In this document: positions 27,438 to 40,489 of the stretch, piece by piece | Numbering within the stretch: position 1 is the stretch's first letter | Layout of the letters: the number at the start of each line of letters is the position of its first letter | Origin: Dicyema japonicum | Taxonomy: Eukaryota > Animalia > Dicyemida | Direction: 5' to 3' | NCBI GenBank assembly: GCA_011109175.1 | Contig: RDEW01000021.1 | Coordinates: 197,080 to 261,079, forward strand | Length of the DNA: 64,000 nucleotides | Notes under the pieces: model-generated | Told to the model about the DNA's origin: nothing | The model's input: only the letters and a program-made list of their open reading frames with translations | The model's database searches: none | Position numbers and translations under genes: made by a program

Positions 27438-27503
27438 TTGACTGAATGTAACGTCTGATGACATTGGATCTGAAGGTCGTTGGTTCGAATCCGAAAGATG
27501 GAG
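27438..27503 (+). pseudogene. 3' half of a tRNA (Phe/Tyr-like, possibly intron-containing)
   Basis: gatctgaaggtcgttGGTTCGAATCCg T-arm; no 5' half found. Confidence 0.4.
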
Positions 27504-27824
27504 TTTTCAGCAAAGGTCAATTCTTGTCAAATAGATCCCACCCGTGAGGCGACGATTACTTCTGGCACGGCATGGTAGTTAAAAGGGATGTGTTTACTTT
27601 CTCCCTGTCCAAGTCCTCTGATGAAGATTGCATTATGAAAACTATTCCGCTAAAGAATGAAGTGATGTCCGCGACGGTAGGACGTGGGACAAAAATGGAA
27701 GAGGGCGGACCTACTTTTCCACCTCTCCGGAAGCGGAAGCCTGTAATGAACTATTAGAAGATGGATTTGGTAGGCACATCACGAGAATATGAAAAAATAA
27801 AAATTTTTAAAAATAGAAAAAAAT

Positions 27825-28097
27825 TATGGCCGCCGTTTACTTTTTGAAAGTTCCCTGAACGTTTTAAAAGCAAATAAACCTTGTGGAATCAAATTTCGCT
27901 GACCAATCATTAAGATCCTGGATGGCTCTCTCGTGGACTTTCTGACCAAAATTATTATTCCACGAAGGATCGCATTTAGCAATGACGTTGAAATTCCAGA
28001 AATCTAAAAAGGATTTAGTGTTCTCTGAATCCCAATAATCATTCAGGTTCTTCCAAAATTCATCATTCAACGGAGTAAATGACCTATTTTCACCCAT
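27825..28097 (-). CDS. Small unknown protein, copy 1 (MGENRSFTPLNDEFW...), probable 25-nt intron near the C-terminus
   Basis: Near-identical copy at 54269-54541 with mostly synonymous differences. Confidence 0.55.
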
Positions 28098-28219
28098 TTT
28101 CGAATGTTTACGTTAATTTGAGTAAATATTATTCGCTGTTTATAATATTGATAATATTTAGTTAATTTGAAATCAATAATTGAGTTTCACCGACCGTTCA
28201 CGGTTGAAACGAGAGCCTG

Positions 28220-28352
28220 TGGCGCTGGAATTCATGAGTCGTCTAGGGAATCGGATTTCTACAAGAGCAGAAGATATCCTAAGCGATTTGAGCGAATCTC
28301 GCTCGCCATCCTGAGAGGGAATGGCCATGAAGTCAGGGTTGCCGCTGTATGA
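28220..28352 (+). mobile_element. CRE-type 3' fragment
   Basis: FERISLAILRGN. Confidence 0.6.
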
Positions 28353-28399
28353 CCTTTTTGGATGGTTCAGCTGGATTATTTTGAATGTTATTTTTAACC

Positions 28400-28645
28400 T
28401 ATTAAGTGGTCAGTATAGTTGTTGTGTCGTCGCTCACGTCGATTCCCCCACCGTAACCTACTTGGTAAAGGGATCTCGTGGCTGTTTTTAATTCCTATGA
28501 AAGTCAATGGATCCATCTGACTCAGGAGACGCCAAATACCTGACCAGCATCCAAAAGAAGGCCCCCTCTATCCAACTGTAATGGTGGGATCCCCATAATG
28601 GAAGATATGGATAGATATGATTCTTGGATGATGCGTCTCTTCCTA
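28400..28645 (+). mobile_element. tRNA-derived SINE-like repeat
   Basis: Degenerate A and B boxes (agtggtcag, gtcgattcc); body (ctcaggaga...gcatccaaaa...cccataatgg...atgcgtctc) shared with 53960-54145. Confidence 0.5.
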
Positions 28646-28819
28646 CCAAAAATGGATAAAACCTCTTTCAGCTGTATCTAAGGGAATTAAAAAATGAAGA
28701 GTCAATTAATCAAGAAACCCACGTGCTTGATTGTATTCGTGAGGCTTGTCTATTAGCCACGCAAAATTCCAATCATACACGTGCAAATTAAAAACTTATG
28801 TAATATCTTACTGTTTAAC

Positions 28820-29757
28820 TCTGATATGACCCTCTCCTCTCGTGATGCTCCAGGCCGCGTACTTAGGTATTTTATGTTCCTAAGATTGACTATCTTGTCT
28901 CTTCCGTGTACAAGGCAGAGATTTGGGCTGAAACTTTCTGTTAAACCAAATTCCTTTTAGTTCCCTGTTTAGTTCAGCCATTGTAGAGACCAGAGCGAGG
29001 CGGATATACTTGTAATAATGCTTTAGACACTTTCAATGAGAACCAAGTTACCACCTCCCTATTTTGCTACCAACTACTCCACTGCCAACATCAGGGATAC
29101 GACTATAACGCTCAATTGGTAGTTTGAAGTAAAAGCAGAGTAAGACGAATGGGTGCATTCGTAATGAGGCGACAGACTTTCTATGATAGAGCCATGTCAC
29201 CAACTGTGCCATTTCGACAAACTTGTGAGACAACCAAACTCATTTCCTAGAGAGACGTTTACCAAATTAAGGAATACATAAAAAAGTCAAAATATTTATC
29301 TAAAGACAAGAATCACTGTTATTTATTAGAAATACTTGGCCATTAAAGAACCAAGCCTCTTCCATAAAATTTCTAAAGAATTTTAGCCAGGGAAGTGTCT
29401 TACGTGAATTTTCACTCAACCAGACACCTTATTGAATGCTAATTTAATACTAGACACGTGCATGATCTAGGAGGTCCACGGTGGACAAAAATATAATAAG
29501 GAAATACAAGAGCTAAAGGACAGAATCTTTTATCAGTCAATTTTTGTTAAGACAGTTGGAAGGAATGCTATGCTAGTTAGTCAAAACTACTAGCCAGAAC
29601 AGGGAAACAGAAGAGTAAACCCTGCAATTTTATAAATTCTGACCATCAAAAAAATTCAAAAAAAAATTTCCGGGTCTAACTTCAATAATAATACCAAAGA
29701 CAACTATAACATCAAACTAACTAATCACTTGATCCCAGCACGCTCTAGCAGAGATCT
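28820..29757 (+). repeat. About 1-kb duplicated block, degenerate FN3-like gene
   Basis: Colinear with 55380-56465; encodes LPPPYFATNYSTANIRDTTITLNW and GT-AG mini-intron-like segments. Confidence 0.65.
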
Positions 29758-30119
29758 CAACTTGGCCCAATGCTCCTCCTTCGAACCCACACAAGAAAGT
29801 ATCGGTCAAATAACTGGATTTTTGTAGTCACAGCGGCACGTTCCTCGGTTCTTACGAATTGAAGATTCCAGAGGCATAGGAGAGTGGGACTTTCTAAAAG
29901 TCCATTGTTCCACAATTTTAGAAGCTCCTTTTTGGGTAATTTCGATCTTCAAAACATTTGTCCATGAAATGAATGGATACGCCAAAAATAAGAATTCGAA
30001 CCCACAAATTGGAAAATAATAAATAAAAATAAAAATTTATTTACAATATTATTTTGCAAATAAATAGTTTACGTGATATCTATAATAATTGATTGAATAA
30101 TTGAAGTATTGGTTTTCCA

Positions 30120-32684
30120 ATGTTTGTTTTTCTCGTTTTTCAGTCGAGACTTGAAACCATAAACCTGTTTTATAGTAAACTCAGTCCACTAGGAAGGATC
30201 TGACTATCCAGAACGTCAAACGATTCATCTACAGTAACTTCAAAATCCCCGAAAACTGCCAAATATTACTTCGCCGTGATGGTCAATACATTGGTGGAGA
30301 TCAACGAATCTCCCGACTGGAATTCAGCAACGTGGATCTGATTTAACATTGCAGGAATTTACCCCCATCTTCGTTTTCTCCTTGTGGCACCCGACCACAG
30401 ATATTCCCCTCGACGATAGATTCAGTGAGACTTTATGTTAACATCTAGGCGACTGCTTTGACCAGGAATCGGTTGTCCCATAAAATCTCATTTCCAGCCA
30501 CGTGACTCCTTTATGGCATTAGCAGCTAGAATATCCATGGAAGTCTTTCTTCTCATCAAAAGTTGGGCCACGATTGCGAAAAGTAGCTCGGAAAGCAACC
30601 GGTACCCGAATTTTACGGAATTTCAGAATAAATGGGGATACCATAGAGTATTTTATGTCGACAAAGACCAAATTCAATGAAAGTCGCTTTGTTCTAGAAA
30701 ATTCTTACAAGGACGTGAAGACATCCATCAAATTGATGTCCGAGATGCCACTGCTCCCCCAACTCGTGGATTTTGTGCGGAATAACTACAATCAGGAGTT
30801 ACCAAACGTAACCGAGACTACGACTTTGCTTGATTTCGTAAAGACTCCCGATATGGTTACCACGTGGGTTATATTTCTAGAAAGACTCCGGAGTATTCCA
30901 AGAATACGTCCATGCCCTCCTCGAAAAGTCTAAAAATGTGATGATTCTTTAAAAATTGCAGATAGTGACGACGATATTTGATTATGCCGAGAATCTCCTC
31001 AAAGAAGAAGTCACTTTACTGACCAACGATATAACCGTGGAGGAAGATAGCTCAAGTGAGGCTCAGCACACCGTGGAACTCTTGGTTGTCCGAATTAACG
31101 ACCAAATGGGGAGTTACATTGGAAGCAGAGACCAGAAGTTGAATCTACACAGAAGTTTCTCAAAATTGTGTGAAATTGCTGAATTCCTGAGGCAGTCTGT
31201 CCAAAACCGCTCACAGTTAAGTTAAGACTGATTCCCAGACGAGTCTTGGAGGCTCAGTATGCGATTTCTACGGCTGTTGACCAGATGAGGATTGAGGGAC
31301 TGCTCATGCAGGACTACATTTACCAGATGGATTCCGCGATTCAGATCATCCAGGCACCCCATCTGTATATTTATGCCGTGAAGGAAACCCTGAGGAGAGA
31401 GGAGATGAAAAATGTGATGGACAAGGTTTTGGGGGATGTGTTAGTTTAGTGGACTTCCTCAATCGTTAAACAGGCTGATGATAACTTTTTTAATGAGTCT
31501 AGTCGAAGGGACCATATCAGCGAGGTCCTCTCCGAACATTTTATGCGGGGGTTGTTCGTATATTTGACAGACAAGAGAATTCAACGGCTTTCTGTAGTTT
31601 TTTCCGTGATTCCGCAGATATCTAGTGGAGAGGACTATTTGATCCCTGAATTGGACAAGAATGCGTGTATGCAACTAGAAAATAATTATAATCGGATTCT
31701 TTCGGAGATGGACACCTCACTGGGGGATTCTCAGAACTCCTCGTTGAATACATTGGTTGAACAGAAAGAGTCCGACTCAATCTCACGGAAACTGGAAGTT
31801 ATCCAAAATCTTCTAGAACTCCTTTAGAAGATCTTCCTGACACAGAAGTATACGAACGAACGTCTCCTGATGATCAAGGTGATAAAGAGTCCGACTTGAA
31901 TCTTCCTGAGAGTGAGATTCTTCCTGATCTGGAGATCTGTGAAAGAACATCTCCCATTAGTCAAGAAGAGGAAAGATCTGATACAGATCTGTTGGGAATT
32001 GATATTCCTTCGATGTCTCCTGGAAGAAGCCAATCAGAGGAGTTTAGTAAATTAGAAACACATGAGGGATCATCTCTTAGTGGTGGAGAAGAGACGGAGT
32101 CTGAGTCCAATTTGTCGGAAGCAGAGTTTCTCCCGCAGTCATTTGAAAGATGCCAATCGGAAGAGTTTGGTAACCTAGAACCCCCAGAAGGAATGTCCTT
32201 TGGTAGTCAGGATCCTGCGGATACAGAAGATTCATTATCCCAGAGTCAATCAATGATTGAAGTGACCGACTCTGACGATGTCTCAGAGTCCGAACGTCTG
32301 TTGGATAATCAAAGAATTGAGATATCATACTTTAAGTAAGAATACATTATAAAGTAGTATTTCAATCGGGGATCTGATTTTGGTGAATTACAGTCATCAC
32401 AGGTTCACGGTCTTGGCTTCTTCTTCAAACAGTTATGTAATTCACTCATCCTCCATCAACAGGATCAAAGAAGTGGCCAAGATCGGTAGATTTGTGAGTT
32501 ATTCTAGAGTTTCCCACGGCTAGATCATACTCTGCTGTTTGTAAGGTTGTTAACCGAAAGTCTGTGATTGCAAAGGTTGGGGGTTGTTGTATTGTAGAGC
32601 GATACCAATGCCTATAAGACTGGGGACAGGCTGGTTATGCTGTATGTAAACCCGATTTCGGTTCACAACTGTCGTGCTATTTGA
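30120..32684 (+). CDS. RB1CC1: RB1-inducible coiled-coil 1 / FIP200 (Atg11/Atg17 family), compact
   Basis: N-terminal ubiquitin-like region MFVFLV...IQNVKRFIYSNFKIPENCQILL...PIFVFS; QIIQAPHLYIYAVKETLRR; C-terminal Claw-like FQSGDLILV...AVCKVVNRKSVIAK; tiny introns. Confidence 0.8.
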
Positions 32685-32879
32685 TTTATTATTTTTGTAT
32701 TTTTCGATATATATGACTTTTGGCTTGATTTTATTTTTCTTTTTATCCCACGTGCTTTTTTATAAATGGAGATTTGTCGGAATCGAGAGTTCGGTGTATT
32801 TGTTCACCACAATCTATTGGATTTGGCTGAAGAATGAAGGGGTCTAGGGGAATCGACTTATGAAATAGTAGTGAAATGG

Positions 32880-33490
32880 TTTCCTGACATGGGTAAGCCA
32901 TTTTTTTCAATTTTCTTTTATATAAGTAAGCCTTTTTAGAAAGCTTAATAAAAAGTGAAAAAATACATTTATAATAAAAATAAAACATTAGATTTTTATT
33001 TTTTATTAGTGAATGAACAATATCTGCTTATAGTTTTGAACATTTTCAGGAGTTTCTTATTTGAATACATTAAGATGCATTGTGAAATCAGAACAGTAAT
33101 GTTAACTAATCCAAGGAAGTCGTATTTTTGGAAAAAAATATTATGTACAAGTAGACAAGTTGAAATATCCACCAGTAATGCTATTTTTCTTCTTTCCACC
33201 ATTTCTTCGTTAATACGAAATAGCCAATTTTCAAAAATACTTTTTGTCATCAAAGCTTTGTGTGAAGCATTGCTAATGGATTTTAGATTTACTCCTCTCA
33301 ATGATCGTGACTTTAATTTTTTATCAGCTGATCGTACTTCGTCTTGAGGGTTTTGAATTTTATATGCAATTGTTTCTTAAATCAATGGAACCACCAATTT
33401 GATGGAATAAAGTCTTTATTAGAATGCCTATTAGCAATTCTACAAACAATTAATGTTGGTCCATTTATCGGGAAACCTTTGAATCTCAGA
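32880..33490 (-). mobile_element. pogo/Tigger DDE_1 transposase fragment
   Basis: KALMTKSIFENWLFRINEEM...KIALLVD. Confidence 0.75.
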
Positions 33491-33699
33491 GAACAAAAAA
33501 CTTGATAACATAGAGCACCTGTTTATGAGGGACTCAGTGCTAAGACGGCATCAAAAAGGATTTGTTTCTCTCCACTCATTCAAGGGGAGGTCGATCTTGT
33601 AGATTTTAGGATTTTTTGAAGCAGGTATAGGCATATACTCCAGAAGCACTTTGGGGGAATCCTTTTGGCGACGATGTGAATAGAGTAAAAGTAGAATTT

Positions 33700-34850
33700 G
33701 ATGAGGACATGGACAATTGATTACATGTAAGTCAGTTGATCATAAAATATATGCCTGAACTACCCAGTCGTCAAGGATGGGGATATGTCCCTTAAAGGGA
33801 TAATAAATCGTCTGTATAAAACAAAGTAGCTTGTTTGGATCGTCAATCTGGGGGATGTCATGAAAAAATAATTAAACAAAATTGGGGTAAGATCAGAGGA
33901 TATGAAAAAAGGGATCTGAGTATTGGTTTCCCAGACATTATGAATCAAATCCTTTCCGGAAACCCGATGACTCTAAGAGACTTGTAGAAGCACACATGGC
34001 TAATGTTTGATGGCATCCACCCTCTTACATGTTAGTGAGGTCGGAGCAACTAATCACTTGGTGCACCTATTCGAATTTATTCCAACCGCCTTCACAACCT
34101 ATGAAGCTGTCGGAGCAATCGGTAAATCTGGTATCAAAAATAGATAAGCTATAACAACACTCTTCGACGACACACAGGAGCAGTGATGATTTCGACAGCG
34201 CTTAGGAACGGGTATTGTCCATTTAAAAACCTGATAGGTAGAGATCTAGAGCCGTTTGATCTGGATTCAGTAAGCCCCATCGAGTCCGACTAAAAGAATA
34301 TTCCAAAACTAACGACAGAAACCTAATTATCGAAGTAAAAGGACAAATCCGTAATTTGAGAGATAAATCAAAGTCCTGGACTCGGGATTCCAAAATAATT
34401 ATAAGTGCTCCCAAGATTGTCAAATTAAAACTCTGCAAGTAAACTCCCTTCTGCGAAATCCTTCAGATGACTCATCTCTTAATAAGGTCTTCGTTGAGAA
34501 AACAGAAAAATGTGATTAATAAGATTTATTACTTCTTTTCGTCTTAATCAAATTTGGGAGTGGAAGTCGACCGTGAATATATCAATAGAACGGGGTTAAG
34601 GATTTATCCTTGTAGAGCTAATCCTTCCAGTTCAATTGGGTTTGATAGATACGTGCCGTGATTTACGAAAGAATATCTCCTACGAAGAATCTATGATTGT
34701 GAAGGATGTATCCAGAACGACAGGTCAAGATAATTGGGATACAGCATTTTTGAAGCTCACTGATGTCTTGGGTTTAGCGATGATGCCGTCATAGTTGGGA
34801 CTTTTTAGCGTTAATAACACAGTACGCACTGCATGACCATGACCTTTAGA
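33700..34850 (-). pseudogene. Degenerate FN3-like family fragment
   Basis: 34023-34056 is the reverse complement homologue of 22260-22295; boundaries approximate. Confidence 0.35.
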
Positions 34851-35204
34851 GAAGTTAATTACTCAAAAGAAGTAGAAATTGCTGTGGAAATCTTAAAAAC
34901 CTTGACCTGTCTAAAAAAATAAATAAAATAAATAAAAGCCATAAAAACCCTTGACCTGTCTATATCAACTCAGTATTTCTAAAGTATGACTGGCATCTTT
35001 AAATTTGCACATTTCGAAATATTTTCTAAGAAAAAAATCACATTATCCTAAATAATCGGCCAATTTTATTAATTTTTGATACAAATTGGAAAAATAAAAA
35101 TTTGATTAACATATCTTCCTTGTCATTTCGTGCCAGCAGTTAGCTGATTGTTTTGAAAGGCGATATCGAGAAAAACAGTAAATAATATTTTAATGAAGAA
35201 GGAC

Positions 35205-35500
35205 ACTTATTATTAGCACTTTTACGAGAGCCATAATATTTGTCCCCCGCATGTGCAGCAAAAAATATAAGAGAATTAGTTAGCTTGCTCCAAGCTCTTC
35301 TGTTCTTAGCTAGGGTCCTCAGTGTGTCCAGATCGTCACCAAATGCCAGTGTTTTTTTACGGCTTTCAGATCGTTTTGTAAAACGACCGGGAGGGTTGTT
35401 CTCGGTCTTCCACAAAAGAGTTTTATATTGGAGGAGTAGTAGTAATCTTCCATTGCGATATTCGGGAGGATATTGGATCCCACCTCAGGACGTGTCCAAA
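35205..35500 (-). mobile_element. RTE 3' end
   Basis: Reverse complement homologue of 21230-21520, including the 3' UTR and TAA tail. Confidence 0.8.
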
Positions 35501-35519
35501 AAGTCTCCAACGAGAGCTA

Positions 35520-36190
35520 ATGATCTCGAGATTTAGTGGTGTACAGTCACACTTAGAAAAACACTATTTTGAAAGATTCAAAAAATATCAGCCATTTTTT
35601 AAAGCTGCACATAAATTAAAGTTTCCGAAGCTTGAAGAGAACTTGGCAGAATGGATGGAGGTAGTAGAGACTAAAGGTAACTTATCGAAAAATCGATTTT
35701 ATAGCTGGTTTCCTGAATGATCCTTGATATCTACCAAGGCCGTATTCTTGCAACTAAAAATCGGTAAGTTTTTGGATAAATTCAGAGACACGGATGTAGA
35801 ATGCTCAAGTTACACGGAGAAATGCGAACAGATAAATATGTCGACATTGACTCCTTTTATGAAAACTCAAAAGATATTTTAAAAGCATCCGACGAGACAA
35901 TTAGGAATTGTAATAACTCAAAAAGTCAGGAAATTGATATTAATGATACAGCAATCGGGGGAACATACGATTTTTTAAAAGTTGAAGATTTATAGAATAT
36001 CGAATACCCTGAAACAGTTGTGGAAAATGGTAAACAAGAAATGGAAAACATAAGACTGTATACTTTTGTAATTAGGTTAACTCGATAGAGAGGGAAATTT
36101 TGTCTAATGCTGAGTTTTTATACTTTCTTCAATAAACAAGTATAAAGAAAGTATTATTAAAGCAAAAAAAACAGTTGACAATTAAATTTT
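35520..36190 (+). mobile_element. pogo/CENP-B-type transposase remnants
   Basis: KFPKLEENLAEWM (CENP-B HTH), LKLHGE. Confidence 0.6.
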
Positions 36191-36269
36191 ATTTTAATAA
36201 AACTTAAATATGTTTTTTTCATTTAAAACATTTTTCCTTCTTTGTTCATTGTTTTTTAAAGTTATTGAT

Positions 36270-37080
36270 AACAGGATCTTTCGTACGACAGCGGAGCGCA
36301 TCTTCAACGTCCGGTTCGAGGATTACTCATAGAAGCAAGCCACGCTGCCAGTGAGACTCGGAGGGCTTGGAATTCGCAACCCAGTAGACCTTTCCGCTAT
36401 TTCTCCTCATCTCCGCCATGTCTAGGTTACCCAACTTGAAAATGCAATTTTTCTTGGCTCTCCCATACACTGCAATAATGTGTCAGCTTTCTTGAAGGAA
36501 AAAACATACATCACAATTCAAATTAAATTTACAAACCCTGGGCTCCCACATGGCTTTGTTCTTCCTCAGGAATTTCCACCTCACGCCACGACTCCTTTTT
36601 CCTTTACGGACAGCCCCATGTTTCACGGACATGAACTTTTTAAGAGCCATCGACGAGATGCTGAGGACTGCCGTTGAAGAAACGCTCAACATTTCCTTTG
36701 ATAAAACTGGCTGGATCCAATGCAAACTACCTCTTCGCTACGAGGAATCGGAAAACGCTCACCACTAGAACTCACCCTCCCGGTCTTTCTTTTTCGACAT
36801 ATGCTTTCAGTGGTCTCACACGCCAGATCCTACGCTACATTAACGGATCGGACGATGAACCGGTGGTATGCATGGCTCGGGATGTCTGGACGCAAATGGG
36901 TGTTGGATTCCCAAAGAACGCTAATAAACAACGAGAATGGGACAAGCTTTTATGCTCAAAGATCATAGAAAAGATAAAACCTGTGTTTGATCAGCATCGT
37001 CTTGCTTGTCTGGCTTCTGAATCGACGAACGAGAGTGGAGAGAGACTCTTCCCATGGGAGAGTGTTAAATACCTTGCCTA
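36270..37080 (+). mobile_element. CRE-type non-LTR fragments
   Basis: QATLPVRLGGLGIR, ALFFLRN...PRLLFPLRTAPCF, KQREWD. Confidence 0.7.
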
Positions 37081-37529
37081 GGATGCCACCTTTCTCGATA
37101 GCCTCTCTCCCTCCAACCTCTCAACGGCAGCAACTGACCCAGGCTCAGCTTCGGAGAAGGCTGAGACCCCAATGATAAAAAAAGAAGTCAAGGGTTTTCA
37201 TGAAGTTGACATTCCCCACGATAGAGGTCACTTGGGTAATTGGTCTATGATGGCGATGATAATCCGAAGACAGAAAAAAATCTAGATCGGTGAAATCAGC
37301 TAAGAAAATTTTCGATATTTAAAGCAAAGGCAAACAGATAATTTAAAACAGTAGTTCTCAACCGTGGCCCATCGGGCCGCATTGGCCAACCCTTAAATTG
37401 GCCAATTCTCAAACCAACAGTGAATGATTCTATAGAATAGTACACCAATATGAAGTAGTTATCAAAATACATACAATCGGCTGCCAGTAAGAGCCTTCTC
37501 TCGCGGTTGCATGCAAACGTGTCTTAAAA

Positions 37530-37815
37530 TTGCTGGTTTCCCTTCTATTGACTATCGAGGATATGGAGGAGACCAGACGAATGACAATTTTTGATGTACA
37601 AAGGAAGCTCTCTCCTATGGGATGTTACTTGTGTTGATACCTTTTCCCTGACAAATATGATACCCAGTACAAACTCGGACTGTTATGCCACTGACTCTGC
37701 AGAACGGGGAAGCTGGTTAAATACTCTGGGCTTGGGAACCCTTTCCGCTTCTTCCCATTTGCGTTTGATACTTGAGCCGAAACAGACATGTCGCCGAATC
37801 ACCGCTTATCCTTGA
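37530..37815 (+). mobile_element. CRE-type restriction-like endonuclease fragment
   Basis: RRPD...KGSSLLWDVTCVDT. Confidence 0.7.
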
Positions 37816-37944
37816 AAATGGATATAATAATAGCCTTTTCACGAGAGCCATAATATTTATAGCTCCGCATAGGCAGGACACACACTTTATTTAAGTAAAG
37901 AACATAATTTTAACTAATCGTAGAACCAAGGAATGATCTTCACT

Positions 37945-38095
37945 TCTTTTTTTGTGTGTGGGTCCTTTCTAGACAATCCAGTTCCGCAGTGAGTATCCAC
38001 TGATGACGGCGTCACTCGTCAAACCCTTTCTGCATCGTAGATGAGTGGAACCTTCCACCAGGTGAACAGCAGCGAGAATCGAACCCAGAATTTAA
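37945..38095 (-). mobile_element. tRNA-derived SINE-like sequence
   Basis: B box GGGTTCGATTCTC near 38075-38087 on the minus strand, followed by a body and an A-rich tail. Confidence 0.4.
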
Positions 38096-38099
38096 TGTG

Positions 38100-38860
38100 A
38101 CGCAAATACATGGAAGACCCAACAATCCTCAAAATCAAGAGATTGTGGAGAGATTTAACCAGACGATCACAAGAAGTTTATCGAAAATGATGATTTTGGA
38201 TAATAAAAAAAAAGTGGGTGAGATACATTCCAAGGGCTGTTTTTTAATATAATCAAACGCCTAACACATCCACAGGTAGATTGTTTCTTATATTTTTTCA
38301 TAGGAGTCCGTTCCAAAGATATCGTGGGATTCCAGGATTTAATACTGAACGAGACAACGTAGAAACATTCAGAAAAGGTTTTGTACTTAAATATATTTTA
38401 GATGAATTTGAGTTTAATTTTCTTTTCTTTTTTTTAAAACAAAAAATTTTTTAACAATTAAAAAAAATTTTCTTAAAATTAATTTGAAGTCCTCATATTA
38501 TAAACGGATGAATAGGAAAATAGGAGTACATCGCTCAAAATATGATTTGGATATTGGAGATATTGTATTCTATTTTTAATTACTTAAAAGGCTCGCATTC
38601 AAAAGGATTATGAGACGAATCCTTCTCTTAGATTAACAAAGTTTGAACATCTGCACGTGAATCCAGTTACTATTGTTGCAAAATTGTCCAAAAATTTTGT
38701 CAATGTGGAAAATCGTGATGGATCGGTAATGAAAATGCATTCAAAAAGACTTAAGAAGTTGAATGTAGTCACTAATAACAGTTAAAAAAATAATTATTCT
38801 TAATTTTGAAAAAATTAAGTTAATTTGATTGATTGATTGTCGCGCGTTGCGCTCGCGACA
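38100..38860 (+). mobile_element. Ginger-like DDE integrase, decayed 3' part
   Basis: PQNQEIVERFNQTITR...KKW...SPFQRYRGI, C-terminal SH3-like segment, mini-intron-like interruptions; ends at the palindrome TGTCGCG...CGCGACA. Confidence 0.6.
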
Positions 38861-38899
38861 TAATAGCCTTGTCAACATCATGGGGGTGAAGAAAATGGA

Positions 38900-40160
38900 A
38901 TACGGTTCTTGTTGCGACCTGTGCGTTCAACATGTGTAGAAGAAGAAAAATCTTTATGGCTGATCGATACGTAGTACTTCATAATCTTGTTTGCGAGTTG
39001 CGTGCGGGTTCCGAAGCGTTGCGGGTAACGGCCTCAGTTCCGCGGTCTTCCTCATTGATAAGGCTATTGATTTTCTTAGCGTTTTCCAAAATGTGGCACA
39101 AGAGTTTTTGTGACATAGTCGTCCAACTAGGCGGCTCATTTGAGTCTGTTGTTAGTTCGGATAAGCTCAGATAATTGTATATTCAGTGAACGTGTGTAGT
39201 AGAAGGAGCTATTGATCTGTGTTTTTTTCCTCTTCAGCGCATCTCGTTTCTTGATGAGTGACACAATTTGCGATATAATCTTGGATTGAACTTCTTGTAA
39301 GAGGCGACGGGTATAAATAGTTTATCAGCTTTCAAAATGATAGCAGACAGAATCTTGGTCGTCTTCTCTACTGTACAATTAACCATAGTAAGGTCAAGGA
39401 GACTATTGTCCACATACGTCCTGAAACCTTGCTAGTCAGCTTTCAAGTAATTTTTGAACTTTGTAGAACAACACGGTGAACAAATAGGCCTTCTAAGTTT
39501 CAACACAATGGGTTATGGTCCTTGAAAACCATAACGAACATTCCATGAAATACATCAAGCCATAGAAGGAGAGCAGAGGGACATGTCCGGGATGTTGGAC
39601 TGTCCCTTCTGCTGGAGGGGTCCTTGTGTGAGCGTCCGGGTCATTGAGGATAGTCAAATCATTAAGTAAGGAAAGGATGCACTCGCCGCGACTGTCGGCT
39701 GATTGTGTCCGGAGCCAGAGTGGATGTTTGGTCTCTGCATAGTAGCAGATCCTTTAGTCCACACAGTCTCAATAGGTTGGGGATGTAGGAAGTAGTACAT
39801 GACCCCTGAGGCGGGACATAGACATTACACAGTGTATAACATCTCGTCGAAGCAAAGGGAACTTCAATAGAAATCTGTCCAGAATAAGATCCCATTCGCA
39901 GAGAGAAGATGCAGAAGGGGTGACATCCGTAAATTTAAGTCCATCCATAACAATGGTCAATAATCCACCTCCGAGACTTCTTGTTCGGTCCCTGCGAAGT
40001 ACATAATATCCAGGAAAACTAGGTGTTGGGGACTTTATAGAGAGCTTCGATTCTTGAATGAAGCCAATGTCCAGTTTCAAATAATTCCAACACTTTATTA
40101 CGGATTCCATTTACATTTAATTGTAGAATAGACAGCGTGCAGTTGGGTGCCGGATTACAG
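38900..40160 (-). mobile_element. Ingi/Vingi-type APE endonuclease region, decayed
   Basis: SILQLNVNGI, IQESKL, RRDRTRSLGGGLL, NVYVPP; degenerate NPG upstream. Confidence 0.75.
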
Positions 40161-40489
40161 ATCTCTCATTTTCTCCTCGTGCGCCTTCTTTAACTATTAA
40201 CTTAAAATTAATTCCAAAGACCACTGTTAAACCTAAAAAACTAACTAGGTGATTTGACGAATTGGATCAGGCTCTCATCTTTGCTCAGTGTTGGTTCCTT
40301 GAGCCTACACAAGTTTGCTGCGGGAGAGCACTTTTTTTTGAATTGGTGTCCATTTTTGCTTTTTTCGATTAGTGTCTCCAAGGGCGTCGGTGATTTGATA
40401 TTTTCTCCTGTATACCATCTCTCAGGTAGTTTGAAGACCCTTTTCTGGGTTGCGGAGATTTTCTGAGTATTCGTATAAGAGGCCAGTGG

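Noticed and set aside
38000-38026. CTGATGA hammerhead-like cores (also about 27619; GATGAGTCC at 63101)
   Set aside because: No correctly placed GAAA and no complete three-stem junction.
40140-40165. Second 2A peptide upstream of an APE domain
   Set aside because: Only NPG survives, out of frame with APE; at most a relic.
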